From positions 1 to 34,540 of the forward strand of contig JBCAXK010000012.1 of assembly GCA_038534095.1 (NCBI GenBank): a stretch of DNA of 34,540 nucleotides. Reading direction: 5' to 3'. Positions within the stretch are counted from its first letter, which is position 1; each line of letters begins with the position of its first letter. The translations under genes and the position numbers were made by a program. The notes under the pieces were generated by a model, which ran no database searches, had not been told where the DNA came from, and saw only the letters and a program-made list of their open reading frames with translations. This DNA comes from Chlamydiota bacterium. Its GTDB lineage: Bacteria > Chlamydiota > Chlamydiia > Chlamydiales > SM23-39. This document shows positions 8,958 to 18,458 of this stretch, one piece after another.

Positions 8958-10556
8958 GTGGACCAAAGCGTCTTCGTCCATAACCGGATACTTTTGGAAA
9001 AAAAATGCCCAGAGCTCTCATTTTTTCTCGAAAAACGGGGAAAGTACTCCTCCTCATGTTTGCAGGAAGAGACTACTTCTTTAGTGGAGGCTTTGGAAGC
9101 CTCTTCGGTGGTATACGCTTCTGGATTGATCCATCCCCGCTGTTTTCCTGAGCTACAACGCTTCTTAGAGAAGAAAACCCTGATCTTTTGTTTGCGTGAT
9201 CCTGGTCATCTGCTCCCCTTCTTAATGGTCAAAGAGGCCTCGTTTTTTCTAGAACATCCCCGAGTATTCATCACGCCTATCGATGCTCATTTTTATCAAA
9301 CATTTAGTGAAAAATTTCCAGTAGAGCAGCTAGGAATCGTCCATCTAGCGAAAGACCCTAAAGAAGAGCAAGAGCTTTTTGCCACTACCTTGCGCCGCAT
9401 GACCACCTACGCCCACTTGCTGCAGACCGATCGCCTTTATGGACATATCCCCTTTCAAAATTTCTGGGAAAACCTCATCCATATTCCCCGCTCAAAAGCG
9501 ATTCATACACAAAAGGGATTCTTCAAAGAGATCCCTGCCGTGATTTGTGGCGCCGGGTCTTCTCTGGAAGAGGCGTATCCCTCTTTGCGATCGCTTCGGG
9601 AAAAAGCGCTACTTGTAGCGGGAGGCTCTTCGATTGCCGCTCTTTCTTACGCCAACATCGAGCCTCATCTAGGAATTTTTGTTGATCCAAACGAAGAAGA
9701 GTATGATCGCCTAAAAAAAAACCGGTTCTTATCTCTCCCCACCTTGTACACTCCCCGCCTATTTCCCAAGTGTTTTTCCTTTTTACAAGGAGAACTAGGC
9801 TATCTCCTGTCGAGCATGGGGCTAGGAGCCTTTGACTGGCTAGAAAGCACTCTGAACACTTCGGGGCAGGTGATCGGAGAAGAGCTCACAAAAGATAGCC
9901 TCTCTGTGACTCTTCTTGCTGCAGCTGCTTGCGCATTTTTAGGATGTAGCCCAATTATTTTGGTCGGGGTGGACCTCGCTTATACGCAAAAAAAGCGATA
10001 CGCGAAAGGCGTTCTACAAAAAACAGAAAACGTTCTACCAAAGAGCAGAGCTTTGTATGAGGCCACATCGGTTACAGGGGAAAAGATTTGGACAACAGAG
10101 ACCTGGCTCATGGAAAAACGGGCTTTTGAACATTTACAGAAAAAAACAGAAAGCGTGTTCATAAATGCCTCCAAGGGGGTATCCATGCAGGAGATCAAAT
10201 CGGTGGATCTATCGTCTCTTCCTTTAAAACCGCAGCCTATCGATAGAAAAGTACAAGAACTCTTCAAAAAGGCGCTCCCCATGGGCACAAAAGATCAAGT
10301 GGATGCCTTCAAAACATTGGTCAAAAAGAGCCTGCTTTCTTGCCATGCCCACACAAAAATTCTCGCTTCAAACCGCTCTTTCGCCCATAAAGCTTTGGCG
10401 GAAATCGCGTTAGAAGAAGAGGCGGCTTACCGCTACCTCTTTTATGATAGTAAAGAGGTGTTAGCTCGCAAGTGGCCGCGCGCCTCAGAAGAGGAGCTGT
10501 GGAGAGCTTTCTCCCATCTCATTGAAAAGTACTTAGCAGTCACAGGCAGGGCTTAA
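8958..10556 (+). CDS. Maf / DUF115 glycosyltransferase-family protein, paralogue 2
   Basis: AGGAG RBS before GTG; FKEIPAVICGAGSSLE, IEPHLGIFVDP, GCSPIILVGVDLAY, FINAS.G. Confidence 0.87.
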   Translation: MDQSVFVHNRILLEKKCPELSFFLEKRGKYSSSCLQEETTSLVEALEASSVVYASGLIHPRCFPELQRFLEKKTLIFCLRDPGHLLPFLMVKEASFFLEHPRVFITPIDAHFYQTFSEKFPVEQLGIVHLAKDPKEEQELFATTLRRMTTYAHLLQTDRLYGHIPFQNFWENLIHIPRSKAIHTQKGFFKEIPAVICGAGSSLEEAYPSLRSLREKALLVAGGSSIAALSYANIEPHLGIFVDPNEEEYDRLKKNRFLSLPTLYTPRLFPKCFSFLQGELGYLLSSMGLGAFDWLESTLNTSGQVIGEELTKDSLSVTLLAAAACAFLGCSPIILVGVDLAYTQKKRYAKGVLQKTENVLPKSRALYEATSVTGEKIWTTETWLMEKRAFEHLQKKTESVFINASKGVSMQEIKSVDLSSLPLKPQPIDRKVQELFKKALPMGTKDQVDAFKTLVKKSLLSCHAHTKILASNRSFAHKALAEIALEEEAAYRYLFYDSKEVLARKWPRASEEELWRAFSHLIEKYLAVTGRA

Positions 10557-10682
10557 AAACTGGAGCATCATCCCCTTTTTGCGCCATTCTTTCTTGATAT
10601 CCCAAACAGGAAAAACCATTTTCTCTTTACACTTATCTACTACGTCGTGAACACTTTTAGGAAAACATTTTTATGGAGGAAA

Positions 10683-11549
10683 ATGGCAAATTGCATAAAC
10701 AATTCAGGCTATAGAAAGACAGATTTTTTCTCTGTAAGTGGAACCGAGGGAAAAGAAGACAGGAAAGAAGTTCGTTTGTAGATTAAAGAGGAAGAAACCG
10801 CTCAAATTGCCCAGAACAATCTACCAGCTCTCATACAACAATCGACTGGGCGGACAAGCTGTCCCTGGATATCGTCACTATGCAACTGCCGCCCTCTAAA
10901 AGCCTGCCTAAACTTTGTTCTTCCAGAAATGATCATGGATATCCTATTCCCAAGGAAGCACCTTTCTCCTAAGCGGCACTTTATGCGCCTCTGCAAAGGA
11001 GATTCTGCCAAAAAAATCAACGCATTTTGGTCCGAATTACAGTCTATATTCAAAAAGCACCACATGCCGCTCACAGATGAGAACTATCTCGACTTCCGCT
11101 CAGAGTTTTGTAGTCAAGACTCTACCTACCCAAATCACATTCAACCTAAGGATTTAACGCGCACCATCATGTGGGGATACAATAATACCCAAGATGATCC
11201 CCTACTTTACATCACAATTTTGGTGAAAAAACAAGAAAAAGGAACTCCCACTTCTAAAACATACGGAGTCTTAACACTATTCCAAAGTAGCCCAAATTTC
11301 TGTCATTTCCGATTTACAGGTACAGCGCCTTTTGCGTTAAGGGTGGCACCTACATTATCTGCAGAAACCATCAAAGAGAACTTAAGACCGATCTTTGCAG
11401 ATGGTTATCAAGAAACGAGAGCAGTGAGATGCCCGAAAAGCGATCAACATTCTAATGGCTCACGTCAAGCGACCTATTCCTTTCAATACGTGCCAGAAAT
11501 GCCAGAAACGCTCAGGCAACCGGCTGAAGAAAAGAAAAAAATGCAATAA
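10683..11549 (+). pseudogene. Hypothetical 288-codon gene interrupted by one in-frame TAG at 10779-10781 (track ORF 10929..11549 is its distal part)
   Basis: GGAGG RBS then ATG 10683, in frame with 10929. Reads MANCINNSGYRKTDFFSVSGTEGKEDRKEVRL*IKEEETAQIAQNNLPAL... with no other stop. Confidence 0.65.
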
Positions 11550-11729
11550 CCATCATTTGATGGCGCAGTAAGCTTTTCAAAAAAATTTCTTCTTATAAGG
11601 ATTGTCACAAATCAAGCAACCATTCCTAACGATTCTCTATATCCCAAAAAGGGCTCTTTATGCAATCTAACGACTTGCAAGAACGGGGCAGTTTCTTCTC
11701 CACATAGAGAGGGGCGCCTTATGATTCCT

Positions 11730-12722
11730 TTAGGAACGGGCCTTAGTCGCTCTTTTTCGGGGATTTCTCTGCAGCTCGCCGATGGTTTGTAAATCTTTGA
11801 TCGTTACAATCCTTTGCACATGCGCCTCAACAAGGCGCTCACAGACGATTTTTTTTGACTGATCGGTTTCTTTTTGCGCGAGAAAAGCCCGATCTACATC
11901 ATTGATATCCAAAAGCTCCACCCGATCTGTTTTCAGGTTAGAAGGAATCACTCTAGGAACGCTAACGTCAATCAGAAGGGTTTTTGCTCTCCTTGAAAAT
12001 CCTTGCAAGAGGAGTTCTTGCCGATCAGTTGCTACAATCAGCACGTCAAAATCGCGGTACAACTGCGCCACATTCCAAGGAACGAACGTCATATTTTTTT
12101 CGAGACAAAAAGCCTTGGCCTCCTCGCTTTTTGAAGAAAATCCGATCGTTTCCACCCCTTTTCTTGCGTAGTAAGCGCATGTCTTCCGGTTGGTTTTTGA
12201 AAACCCGATAAAAAGCACTTTGCGCCCGATCAGATCGGGGAAAAAGCGCTGACTAAACTCCCAAAGAGCCCCTTCAAGAGAACGTTTTTCCGAAGCAGGC
12301 ATCTGGCTTCTTAACCGTTTAGCTACGTGCAACGCTTTTTGAAAGGTAAAATGTAGCGCCGAGGGAAGTTTCTTCGATTGAATTGCATAGGCATACGCTC
12401 CTCTAATTTGCCGTTGTATATCTGACTCAAACAAGCAGGCGCTATCCAAACCAGACGCCACCTTTGCAAGGTGTAAAAAACAGTCTTTAGAAAAATAGGA
12501 ATACAAATGCTCTAAAGGGATGAATTTCTGAATATGGCCAAGTAAGCGGGAGTGGATCCTCACAAGATCCTTCCCAGAAAAATAGACTTCAACTCGATTG
12601 CACGTTGCAAGAAGCAAGGAGGCAAAAGGCTCTTTCTCAATATAGTGTAACGATTTGATGAGGGATTCTCTAAGAGCTAATGGAGTGGTTTTGAAATTCA
12701 CTCCGACAACACCAATCTCCAA
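11730..12722 (-). CDS. hemA: Glutamyl-tRNA reductase, short chlamydial type
   Basis: VGVNFKTTPLALRE, LATCNRVEVY (catalytic Cys), VASGLDS....E..I..Q, IDVSVPR; TTG start with GGGGG upstream. Confidence 0.9.
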   Translation of the reverse strand: MEIGVVGVNFKTTPLALRESLIKSLHYIEKEPFASLLLATCNRVEVYFSGKDLVRIHSRLLGHIQKFIPLEHLYSYFSKDCFLHLAKVASGLDSACLFESDIQRQIRGAYAYAIQSKKLPSALHFTFQKALHVAKRLRSQMPASEKRSLEGALWEFSQRFFPDLIGRKVLFIGFSKTNRKTCAYYARKGVETIGFSSKSEEAKAFCLEKNMTFVPWNVAQLYRDFDVLIVATDRQELLLQGFSRRAKTLLIDVSVPRVIPSNLKTDRVELLDINDVDRAFLAQKETDQSKKIVCERLVEAHVQRIVTIKDLQTIGELQRNPRKRATKARS

Positions 12723-12793
12723 GATCCCCCCTTTATCTTAACCTCTTATATAAGACGATGTGTCTCGCAAAACAAGAAAAAAGTTCTACTTTT

Positions 12794-13333
12794 TTATTCT
12801 GCAAAAAAGCCTTGCTGATAAAAATAGGCACGAAGAGCAAAAGAACTTTTCTTTTTTCTTTGAGCAATTTTCTCCATCACTGCGGCTTTTTTCTCCTCAG
12901 AATAGAGATCACTAAGTAGAGACTTTGCTTTTCCGTAGGGAACCTGTTTTTGTAATAGCTTTTGCAAAATGTAGCGGGGCGTTTGCTGCTGCTCTATTGC
13001 GCGTAAAATGAGCTGATTCAGAGCTCTCTCATCATCGATATAGCCCCTATTTTTACATTCTTCTACGGCCCATTTTGCGGCCTTTGTAGAACATCCTTTT
13101 CTTTCTAAAAGAAGCTGCAAATACTTCCCATAATAATCCCTTTTTGTAAGAAGCCTAATCGCTGCTTTGTACGCTAATCTCTTTTCCCAGAGAAGAAAGG
13201 CTTTTTTCGCCTCCTCAAGAGAAGAGGCTCCTTCTTTGAAACGTTCTTTACCCACTAAAGCTTTAGGCAAAGTGCCTAGCTTTTCCTCTAGCCAAAATAC
13301 AGTAATAAATCTTTGATTTTCTTTTATTTGCAT
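12794..13333 (-). CDS. recX: RecX family regulatory protein
   Basis: AYKAAIRLL.KRDY....L...L.RKG, AVE.C..RGYIDD, I.QKLLQK.V; ATG 13333 with GAGGGG RBS. Confidence 0.8.
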   Translation of the reverse strand: MQIKENQRFITVFWLEEKLGTLPKALVGKERFKEGASSLEEAKKAFLLWEKRLAYKAAIRLLTKRDYYGKYLQLLLERKGCSTKAAKWAVEECKNRGYIDDERALNQLILRAIEQQQTPRYILQKLLQKQVPYGKAKSLLSDLYSEEKKAAVMEKIAQRKKKSSFALRAYFYQQGFFAE

Positions 13334-13410
13334 TTTCTTCCCCTCTTTGGATAGACTTGAGTATTTACTTAAGAATACCATTTCTGGTAAGTATTAGATA
13401 AAGGTAAACG

Positions 13411-13704
13411 ATGTCTGAAGTAGACCCTACGCAAAATCATTCTCATAACATTTCCCAAAACGGTCCAAAAGCTCCTTCCTATTCTCAAGACGATGACAAT
13501 GCAAGAAAAAAACGTAAAGCTGTTTTCAATCCAAGTGGAGGACGCCTTCATAAATTTGGTCCCCTCTACTTCACAAAAGAGCAGTGGGCAAAATTCCTCC
13601 GTCAGTTAGAACAAACTCTTTCTTCAGAAATGCGGCGTCAGCAAAAAAGGATCAAAGCGGCTCAAGAGCAGCTCAAACGATCGATTAAAGGGGAGCCCCT
13701 TTAA
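13411..13704 (+). CDS. Small hypothetical protein with disordered N-terminus and C-terminal coiled coil
   Basis: AAGGT RBS and ATG; C-terminus similar to ORF 14222..14419. Confidence 0.75.
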   Translation: MSEVDPTQNHSHNISQNGPKAPSYSQDDDNARKKRKAVFNPSGGRLHKFGPLYFTKEQWAKFLRQLEQTLSSEMRRQQKRIKAAQEQLKRSIKGEPL

Positions 13705-14160
13705 CCCCAGTGCTTTTTTCGATAAAGCGCTAAATCTGGGATGGGGGTCTTGATCTCCTAGATTCTGACACGAAGAAAAGTGTCTGATGAGATCTCTTCC
13801 CTACCCTCAAAAATTCCCCCATACAAAAGCGAGCAAAGCGCCTGTTCATCCATTTTCATTTCATCCTTATCGGGCAAAAGGCTTGTTGCAAAAAATACTT
13901 CGCTCACAAAAGTGCCTTGTCCGAGGAATCCCTATACTGCCTGCTTGATGATGGAAAACCGGTTCAAGAATGCTCTGGATTAGCTTTTTACTACGCTCCC
14001 TAACTCTCGATCAAAAGTGCGTAGCACCTAGAGATACTCTCCAATTTGGAAGAAAAATGATGAAAAATAGGGTGGATTCACCATAAGCATTTATTCATTA
14101 AAAGCTGTTTATATTCAGCAGTTTGCGGTTTTTCTTAGGCAAATGCTCTTTTTGCAAGGC

Positions 14161-14189
14161 TTGAAAATTAAAAAAATTTGTGCTATAAT
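14161..14189 (+). promoter_or_regulatory. Near-consensus sigma66 promoter
   Basis: TTGAAA-N17-TATAAT with TG extended -10. Confidence 0.8.
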
Positions 14190-14221
14190 GGACAAAGCGT
14201 CAGCAAAAAGGGAGTGATACT

Positions 14222-14419
14222 ATGGTTATGGTCAATGGAAGTGAACACAGCTCTTCATCAGCGGCAACCACAAGCGCTGGTGAAAAGCGAGCAGAATCGA
14301 ATCAAGCGATTTTAAACAGCACATTGCTATCTAGTCTGCAACAAACGATGCAGGACATGGAAAATCGGCAAAAAAAGGCTTCTCAAGAACTCAAAAATTC
14401 TGAAACAGTGCCTCTATAA
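14222..14419 (+). CDS. Small Ser-rich hypothetical protein (65 aa), probable paralogue of 13411..13704
   Basis: Strong promoter, GGGGAG RBS, shared C-terminal motif. Confidence 0.75.
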   Translation: MVMVNGSEHSSSSAATTSAGEKRAESNQAILNSTLLSSLQQTMQDMENRQKKASQELKNSETVPL

Positions 14420-14560
14420 AACCGCAAAACAGTTCTAAGTAATGTTTTTTTGAATCGTTTCTAGGAACGTTCCTCACCATTCCATCAAAAACAGGTTCTT
14501 GCTAAAGGAGAAAAATGCTTTGCTGTTTAGGAATATTTTTTGGTAAAATATTTCTATTGT

Positions 14561-15508
14561 ATGGATCAGGAACACGTTGAACTAGATACAAATATTTTTA
14601 TCGTCGCCGAATCGGAAGCCAAGATTCGGATCGATAAAGTATTGGCGCAACGTTTTCAAAACAAATCACGCACCTATTTTCAGTACTTGCTGGAAGAAGG
14701 CTGCGTGTTTTTGAATGGGAAAACCACAAAAAAACGGATCATCGCCAAGCCAGGCGATGAAATTGAAGTCTTTTTTCGGCTAACGCCAGAAATATCTTTA
14801 GAACCAGAAAATATCCCTTTAGATATTTTGTACGAAGATGAGTGGATTTTAGCTGTTCATAAACCGGCTGGAATGGTGGTCCATCCCGCTCCTGGAAACT
14901 GGTCCCATACCTTTGTCAATGCACTGCTCTACCATTGTAAAAACTTAGCCTCTGTAGGAGAGCATCTCCGCCCAGGAATTGTGCATAGGCTCGATAAAGA
15001 CACCTCAGGAGTCCTTCTTGCCGCAAAAACCGAAGAGGCTCATCGCAACCTTATCGACGCGTTTTCTAAAAGAAAGATTAAAAAGCAGTACTTAGCTCTT
15101 TGTCAGGGCAAACCCACAAACGGCCTTTTACAAACAAAGATTGCTAGGCATCCGGTCAAAAGAAAACAAATGTGCGTTGCTTCTGAAGGGAAAGATGCCA
15201 TCTCGAATGTGCGGGTTTTAGCGTTTCATGAAACGGGCAGCTTCGTTCTTGTTGAACCAGTGACAGGAAGAACGCATCAAATCCGGGTACATTTAAAACA
15301 CCTAAAAGCGCCTATTTTAGGAGACGGCGTTTACGGCTCAGCTTCTACAAGCACTCGTCAATTACTCCACGCATACAGGCTCTCTTTTCTGCATCCAATC
15401 ACTGGAGAGCCGGTCAATATCATCGCTCCCCTCCCTACAGACATGAAAACACTCTTGCAAAAGGAGTTTTTTGCTAGGACAAAAAATCTTGCCGAAAACT
15501 TCTCATAA
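14561..15508 (+). CDS. rluD: RluA/RluD family pseudouridine synthase with S4 domain
   Basis: RIDKVLA S4 domain; KPAGMVVHP, RPGIVHRLDKDTSG, TGRTHQIRVHL, GDGVYG. Confidence 0.93.
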   Translation: MDQEHVELDTNIFIVAESEAKIRIDKVLAQRFQNKSRTYFQYLLEEGCVFLNGKTTKKRIIAKPGDEIEVFFRLTPEISLEPENIPLDILYEDEWILAVHKPAGMVVHPAPGNWSHTFVNALLYHCKNLASVGEHLRPGIVHRLDKDTSGVLLAAKTEEAHRNLIDAFSKRKIKKQYLALCQGKPTNGLLQTKIARHPVKRKQMCVASEGKDAISNVRVLAFHETGSFVLVEPVTGRTHQIRVHLKHLKAPILGDGVYGSASTSTRQLLHAYRLSFLHPITGEPVNIIAPLPTDMKTLLQKEFFARTKNLAENFS

Positions 15509-15569
15509 ATCGATCCTTATGCTATAAATCTAATTTTTTATTGACACGGCTACTACTAGGATCTCATTC

Positions 15570-15800
15570 ATGAAAGAGTTTGTTGAATATATCGTAAAGA
15601 ATCTTGTCGACCACCCCGAAGAAGTCTCCATTAATGAAATTGGAGGAACCAATACCATCATTTTAGAGCTTTCTGTTTCCAAGTCTGATATTGGTAAAAT
15701 CATCGGGAAAAAGGGAAAAACCATCAACGCAATTCGCACTCTTTTGATGTCCGTCGCTAGTCGTAATCATCTTCGCATCAACTTAGAGATTTTGGAATAA
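15570..15800 (+). CDS. khpA: KH-domain RNA-binding protein KhpA (UPF0109)
   Basis: MKEFVEYIVKNLVDHPEEV...DIGKIIGKKGKTINAIRTLL. Confidence 0.95.
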   Translation: MKEFVEYIVKNLVDHPEEVSINEIGGTNTIILELSVSKSDIGKIIGKKGKTINAIRTLLMSVASRNHLRINLEILE

Positions 15801-15810
15801 TCCTATTTTT

Positions 15811-18447
15811 CTATTTTGACAAGATGGGTAAGTAGGGAGAAATCATCGATTTTCGAGAGTTGATCGTAGCCGCTTGATAACGAATCACAGCAAGGGGAAC
15901 GTTCTTTGCAGGGTTTGGATCGAGGCACTTTTCTCTAGGCGTTTTCATAAAACTCTCTTGAAAAATAATGTCTAACTCTGCCCCATTGTCTCCTAAAAAA
16001 AGAACCGACACCCCCTCTTGTTTGAGCTGAGGAGCCTCTTGAAAAGCGCTCAAAAAGCGTTTGAGGTGCTCTACAGCAAGGTCGGTAGGCGCAGGCCAAA
16101 TCCAAAGCTCATCTTGGTGCTGATAGCGCTCTTCTGTGCCCTGGTATACTTCTTCTGCGCTAACAATTGTGCTGATCATTTGTAGGTAGAGATCGAAATC
16201 ACGATGATCAGAAAAAAACTGCAAACAAGTTTTGTACCACTCCTGTTGAATCCCCCGCTTATGCTTTTCTAAAGCAGGAACATTCTTAGCAAAAATCTTG
16301 GTTTGTCCTACGCGAGCAAGCCCGTTCACATCTTTGGTATCAGAAAAAATGTTGGAAGGCTTTTTCTCAGCGCAAAGAAGAATATTGCGCTCCACTTCCT
16401 CTTCCCGGTAGGCATAGACCTTTTTATAGAGGGAGTACATATCCCGATTTTGCAAGATCGCTTTTGCAGCTTTTGTAGCATAGTGGGCATCTTTTGGAAT
16501 GGAACCAAGATCGATCATGCAGGTCTCTTTTCGGCTTAACAAAGTTTTGAGCCGGTTCAAAAGAGCCGCAACAACCTCGACATCCATATTCGATACCTTT
16601 GATAGCAAATCTGTATCATCCAAAATGCCGTATAAAAAATGGATATACTCCATCATCTCCCTTTCTGGATGCACGTAGTAAGGAGAACTACTAGAGAGAA
16701 TATCCCGATAGCGCCAGAGCCTTTGGGCAACTTTTGGAGGAGGGTTTTCTTCCATCTGCTTTTCTATTTCAGATGCCTGCAAAGCAGATGTGGAATACTG
16801 GTCATTGATCGCTAAGGTGAGCTGCCCAAGAATCGTATTGGAAGATTGGGCATCTTGAATATTGACCCTAGCAGGATGGTTGGTTCTCAAAGTACTCGGA
16901 TGGTGATCAAGCACAGAAATCACCTCTAGATAGGAGGGAATGGTCATCTCCGAGCGGTTTGAGAAATCCCGCAAACTCACGGTACCTAAGATCGAACTCC
17001 TTAAAGATGCTGCAGGGATAATCCCTACCGGGAAAAACCGCTCTCTATCGGGATATGTGACGGTGAGGTACTGGTAGGAAGAGCGCATTTTTCCCCGAAT
17101 TTCTTCCACATCAGAACGGACGCTCACCGATTGAGGTGGGAGCTCAAACACCTCATTTTTCACCCGAAGAACAAGGGATAGATCCTCCATATGAAGACGC
17201 AAACGTTGAATGGACTGGTGCAGATCGGCAATCACATGGGCAAGCGTTGAAAAAATGAGAGGGCGATCTTCAATCAGCTGCCCAGAAAAATCAAAAAGCC
17301 CCGTCTTTTCTAAAGAAAGAATGCTCTTTTTCAATGAGGAAAAATCGACTAGCCCCATTTTCTCAAAAGCGGCGCCGAGCTGCGCAAAACTCGCCTGTAA
17401 CCCTTGGGGCGCTCCAAAAACCTTCGCAATCAGTAAAGAGAGGCGTTCTTTTTCTTTGGCACTAAACTCTTGCACCTGCTCAGAGTCTTCGAGTACTTTG
17501 GAAAACATCCGATCAATGAATTCCCCGATACAAGAAAGGCGCAGGCTTCTATTCGAAAAAAGACCAATGAGTTCAATGTGCAGGCGATTTTCAAATGAGC
17601 GTAGACACTGGTTCATGAGCATCAAAACTTGACGAACACCATCTGCATCGATCGAGCGAAAATCTCCTAAGTAATACCCCTCCTCATCGACAATGACCAC
17701 TGCTTGCCTCGTCCTCTCTGAATAGAGATGACGGATCTTTTCCGAGGTTTTCTTACGCAGCATATCTTTTTGCGTCATGAGGTCGTTGCCTGTTAAGGAA
17801 AGAATGGTCCTTGTTTTTGGCACATGAGAAAAGATGGCAGGTCCGAGCATATCTCGAAAAAGGAGATCCATCTCAATTTGCGAGGGGGGAGGTCCTCCAG
17901 GAAGATTCCAAATGTGCAAGCTTGAGCCGACTCTAGCAGCAAACGCATCCACCCAACCCCAAAAAGAGGCGATGGTCGTATCTAAATCGGGAGATTTATG
18001 CGCAGTGACAAAATGGGTACCAGAAAAAACCTTTCCCATTCCAATCGGGAAAAAAGACTGGTACTCATCGCGAGGGATGTATTTCCCCATAATTTTAGCG
18101 CGTACCCGATAATTTTCCTCATCAGAAAGATTGGAATATTGATTGAGCCAAAGCTCGAAGCTGGTAAAAATATAGTGGTGTAAAAGGTTTTCTTGATCCA
18201 CTTTTTCAATAAAGTGGAGTACTTGAGGAAACAAAAATGCCGGCTCAGGCTCTTTTTGAATCAACGACAAAAGCGCCTTATTGACCACTTCACTCCGCTT
18301 CCGATCTCCCAACTTTTGAAAAGATTCTTCATAAAACGTCGCAAAAACGGCTTCCAAATTTTCAAAAGCCCTTAGGGAAAACCGGAAAGATCCCAATGTC
18401 GATTCAGGCGCCTGTTCAGAAGGATCTTTAGAGTGTTTTTCGGACAT
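15811..18447 (-). CDS. DHH/DHHA2 family II inorganic pyrophosphatase-like protein with two CBS domains and large insertions (878 aa)
   Basis: Motifs in canonical order: AHKSPDLDT, LRDFSN, VLDHH, GILDDT, SDTK, SRKSMISPYL; CBS-like segments. Start moved to ATG 18447 because the track ORF runs through a tRNA. Confidence 0.75.
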   Translation of the reverse strand: MSEKHSKDPSEQAPESTLGSFRFSLRAFENLEAVFATFYEESFQKLGDRKRSEVVNKALLSLIQKEPEPAFLFPQVLHFIEKVDQENLLHHYIFTSFELWLNQYSNLSDEENYRVRAKIMGKYIPRDEYQSFFPIGMGKVFSGTHFVTAHKSPDLDTTIASFWGWVDAFAARVGSSLHIWNLPGGPPPSQIEMDLLFRDMLGPAIFSHVPKTRTILSLTGNDLMTQKDMLRKKTSEKIRHLYSERTRQAVVIVDEEGYYLGDFRSIDADGVRQVLMLMNQCLRSFENRLHIELIGLFSNRSLRLSCIGEFIDRMFSKVLEDSEQVQEFSAKEKERLSLLIAKVFGAPQGLQASFAQLGAAFEKMGLVDFSSLKKSILSLEKTGLFDFSGQLIEDRPLIFSTLAHVIADLHQSIQRLRLHMEDLSLVLRVKNEVFELPPQSVSVRSDVEEIRGKMRSSYQYLTVTYPDRERFFPVGIIPAASLRSSILGTVSLRDFSNRSEMTIPSYLEVISVLDHHPSTLRTNHPARVNIQDAQSSNTILGQLTLAINDQYSTSALQASEIEKQMEENPPPKVAQRLWRYRDILSSSSPYYVHPEREMMEYIHFLYGILDDTDLLSKVSNMDVEVVAALLNRLKTLLSRKETCMIDLGSIPKDAHYATKAAKAILQNRDMYSLYKKVYAYREEEVERNILLCAEKKPSNIFSDTKDVNGLARVGQTKIFAKNVPALEKHKRGIQQEWYKTCLQFFSDHRDFDLYLQMISTIVSAEEVYQGTEERYQHQDELWIWPAPTDLAVEHLKRFLSAFQEAPQLKQEGVSVLFLGDNGAELDIIFQESFMKTPREKCLDPNPAKNVPLAVIRYQAATINSRKSMISPYLPILSK

Positions 18448-18458
18448 AGGTAAATCAT

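Noticed and set aside
10779..10781. Genome-wide TAG reassignment
   Set aside because: Several genes in the window, including recO and maf1, end at TAG at plausible lengths.
11730..12722. HemA is short and has a degenerate NADPH-binding glycine motif (IGFSKTN)
   Set aside because: As recalled, short HemA with this kind of motif is typical of chlamydiae, so it is not evidence of pseudogenisation.
13685..13704. Palindrome TTAAAGGGG-AG-CCCCTTTAA over the stop codon of the 97-aa gene
   Set aside because: Real but lies inside coding sequence with no immediate T-tract; function unsupported.
13701..14090. Protein-like minus-strand frame (..GFLGQGTFVSEVFFATSLLPDKDEMKMDEQALCSLLYGGIFEG..) and plus ORF 13780..13983
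   Set aside because: Four internal stops in ~130 codons is not clearly different from chance, and no family is recognised; could be an old pseudogene but unsupported.
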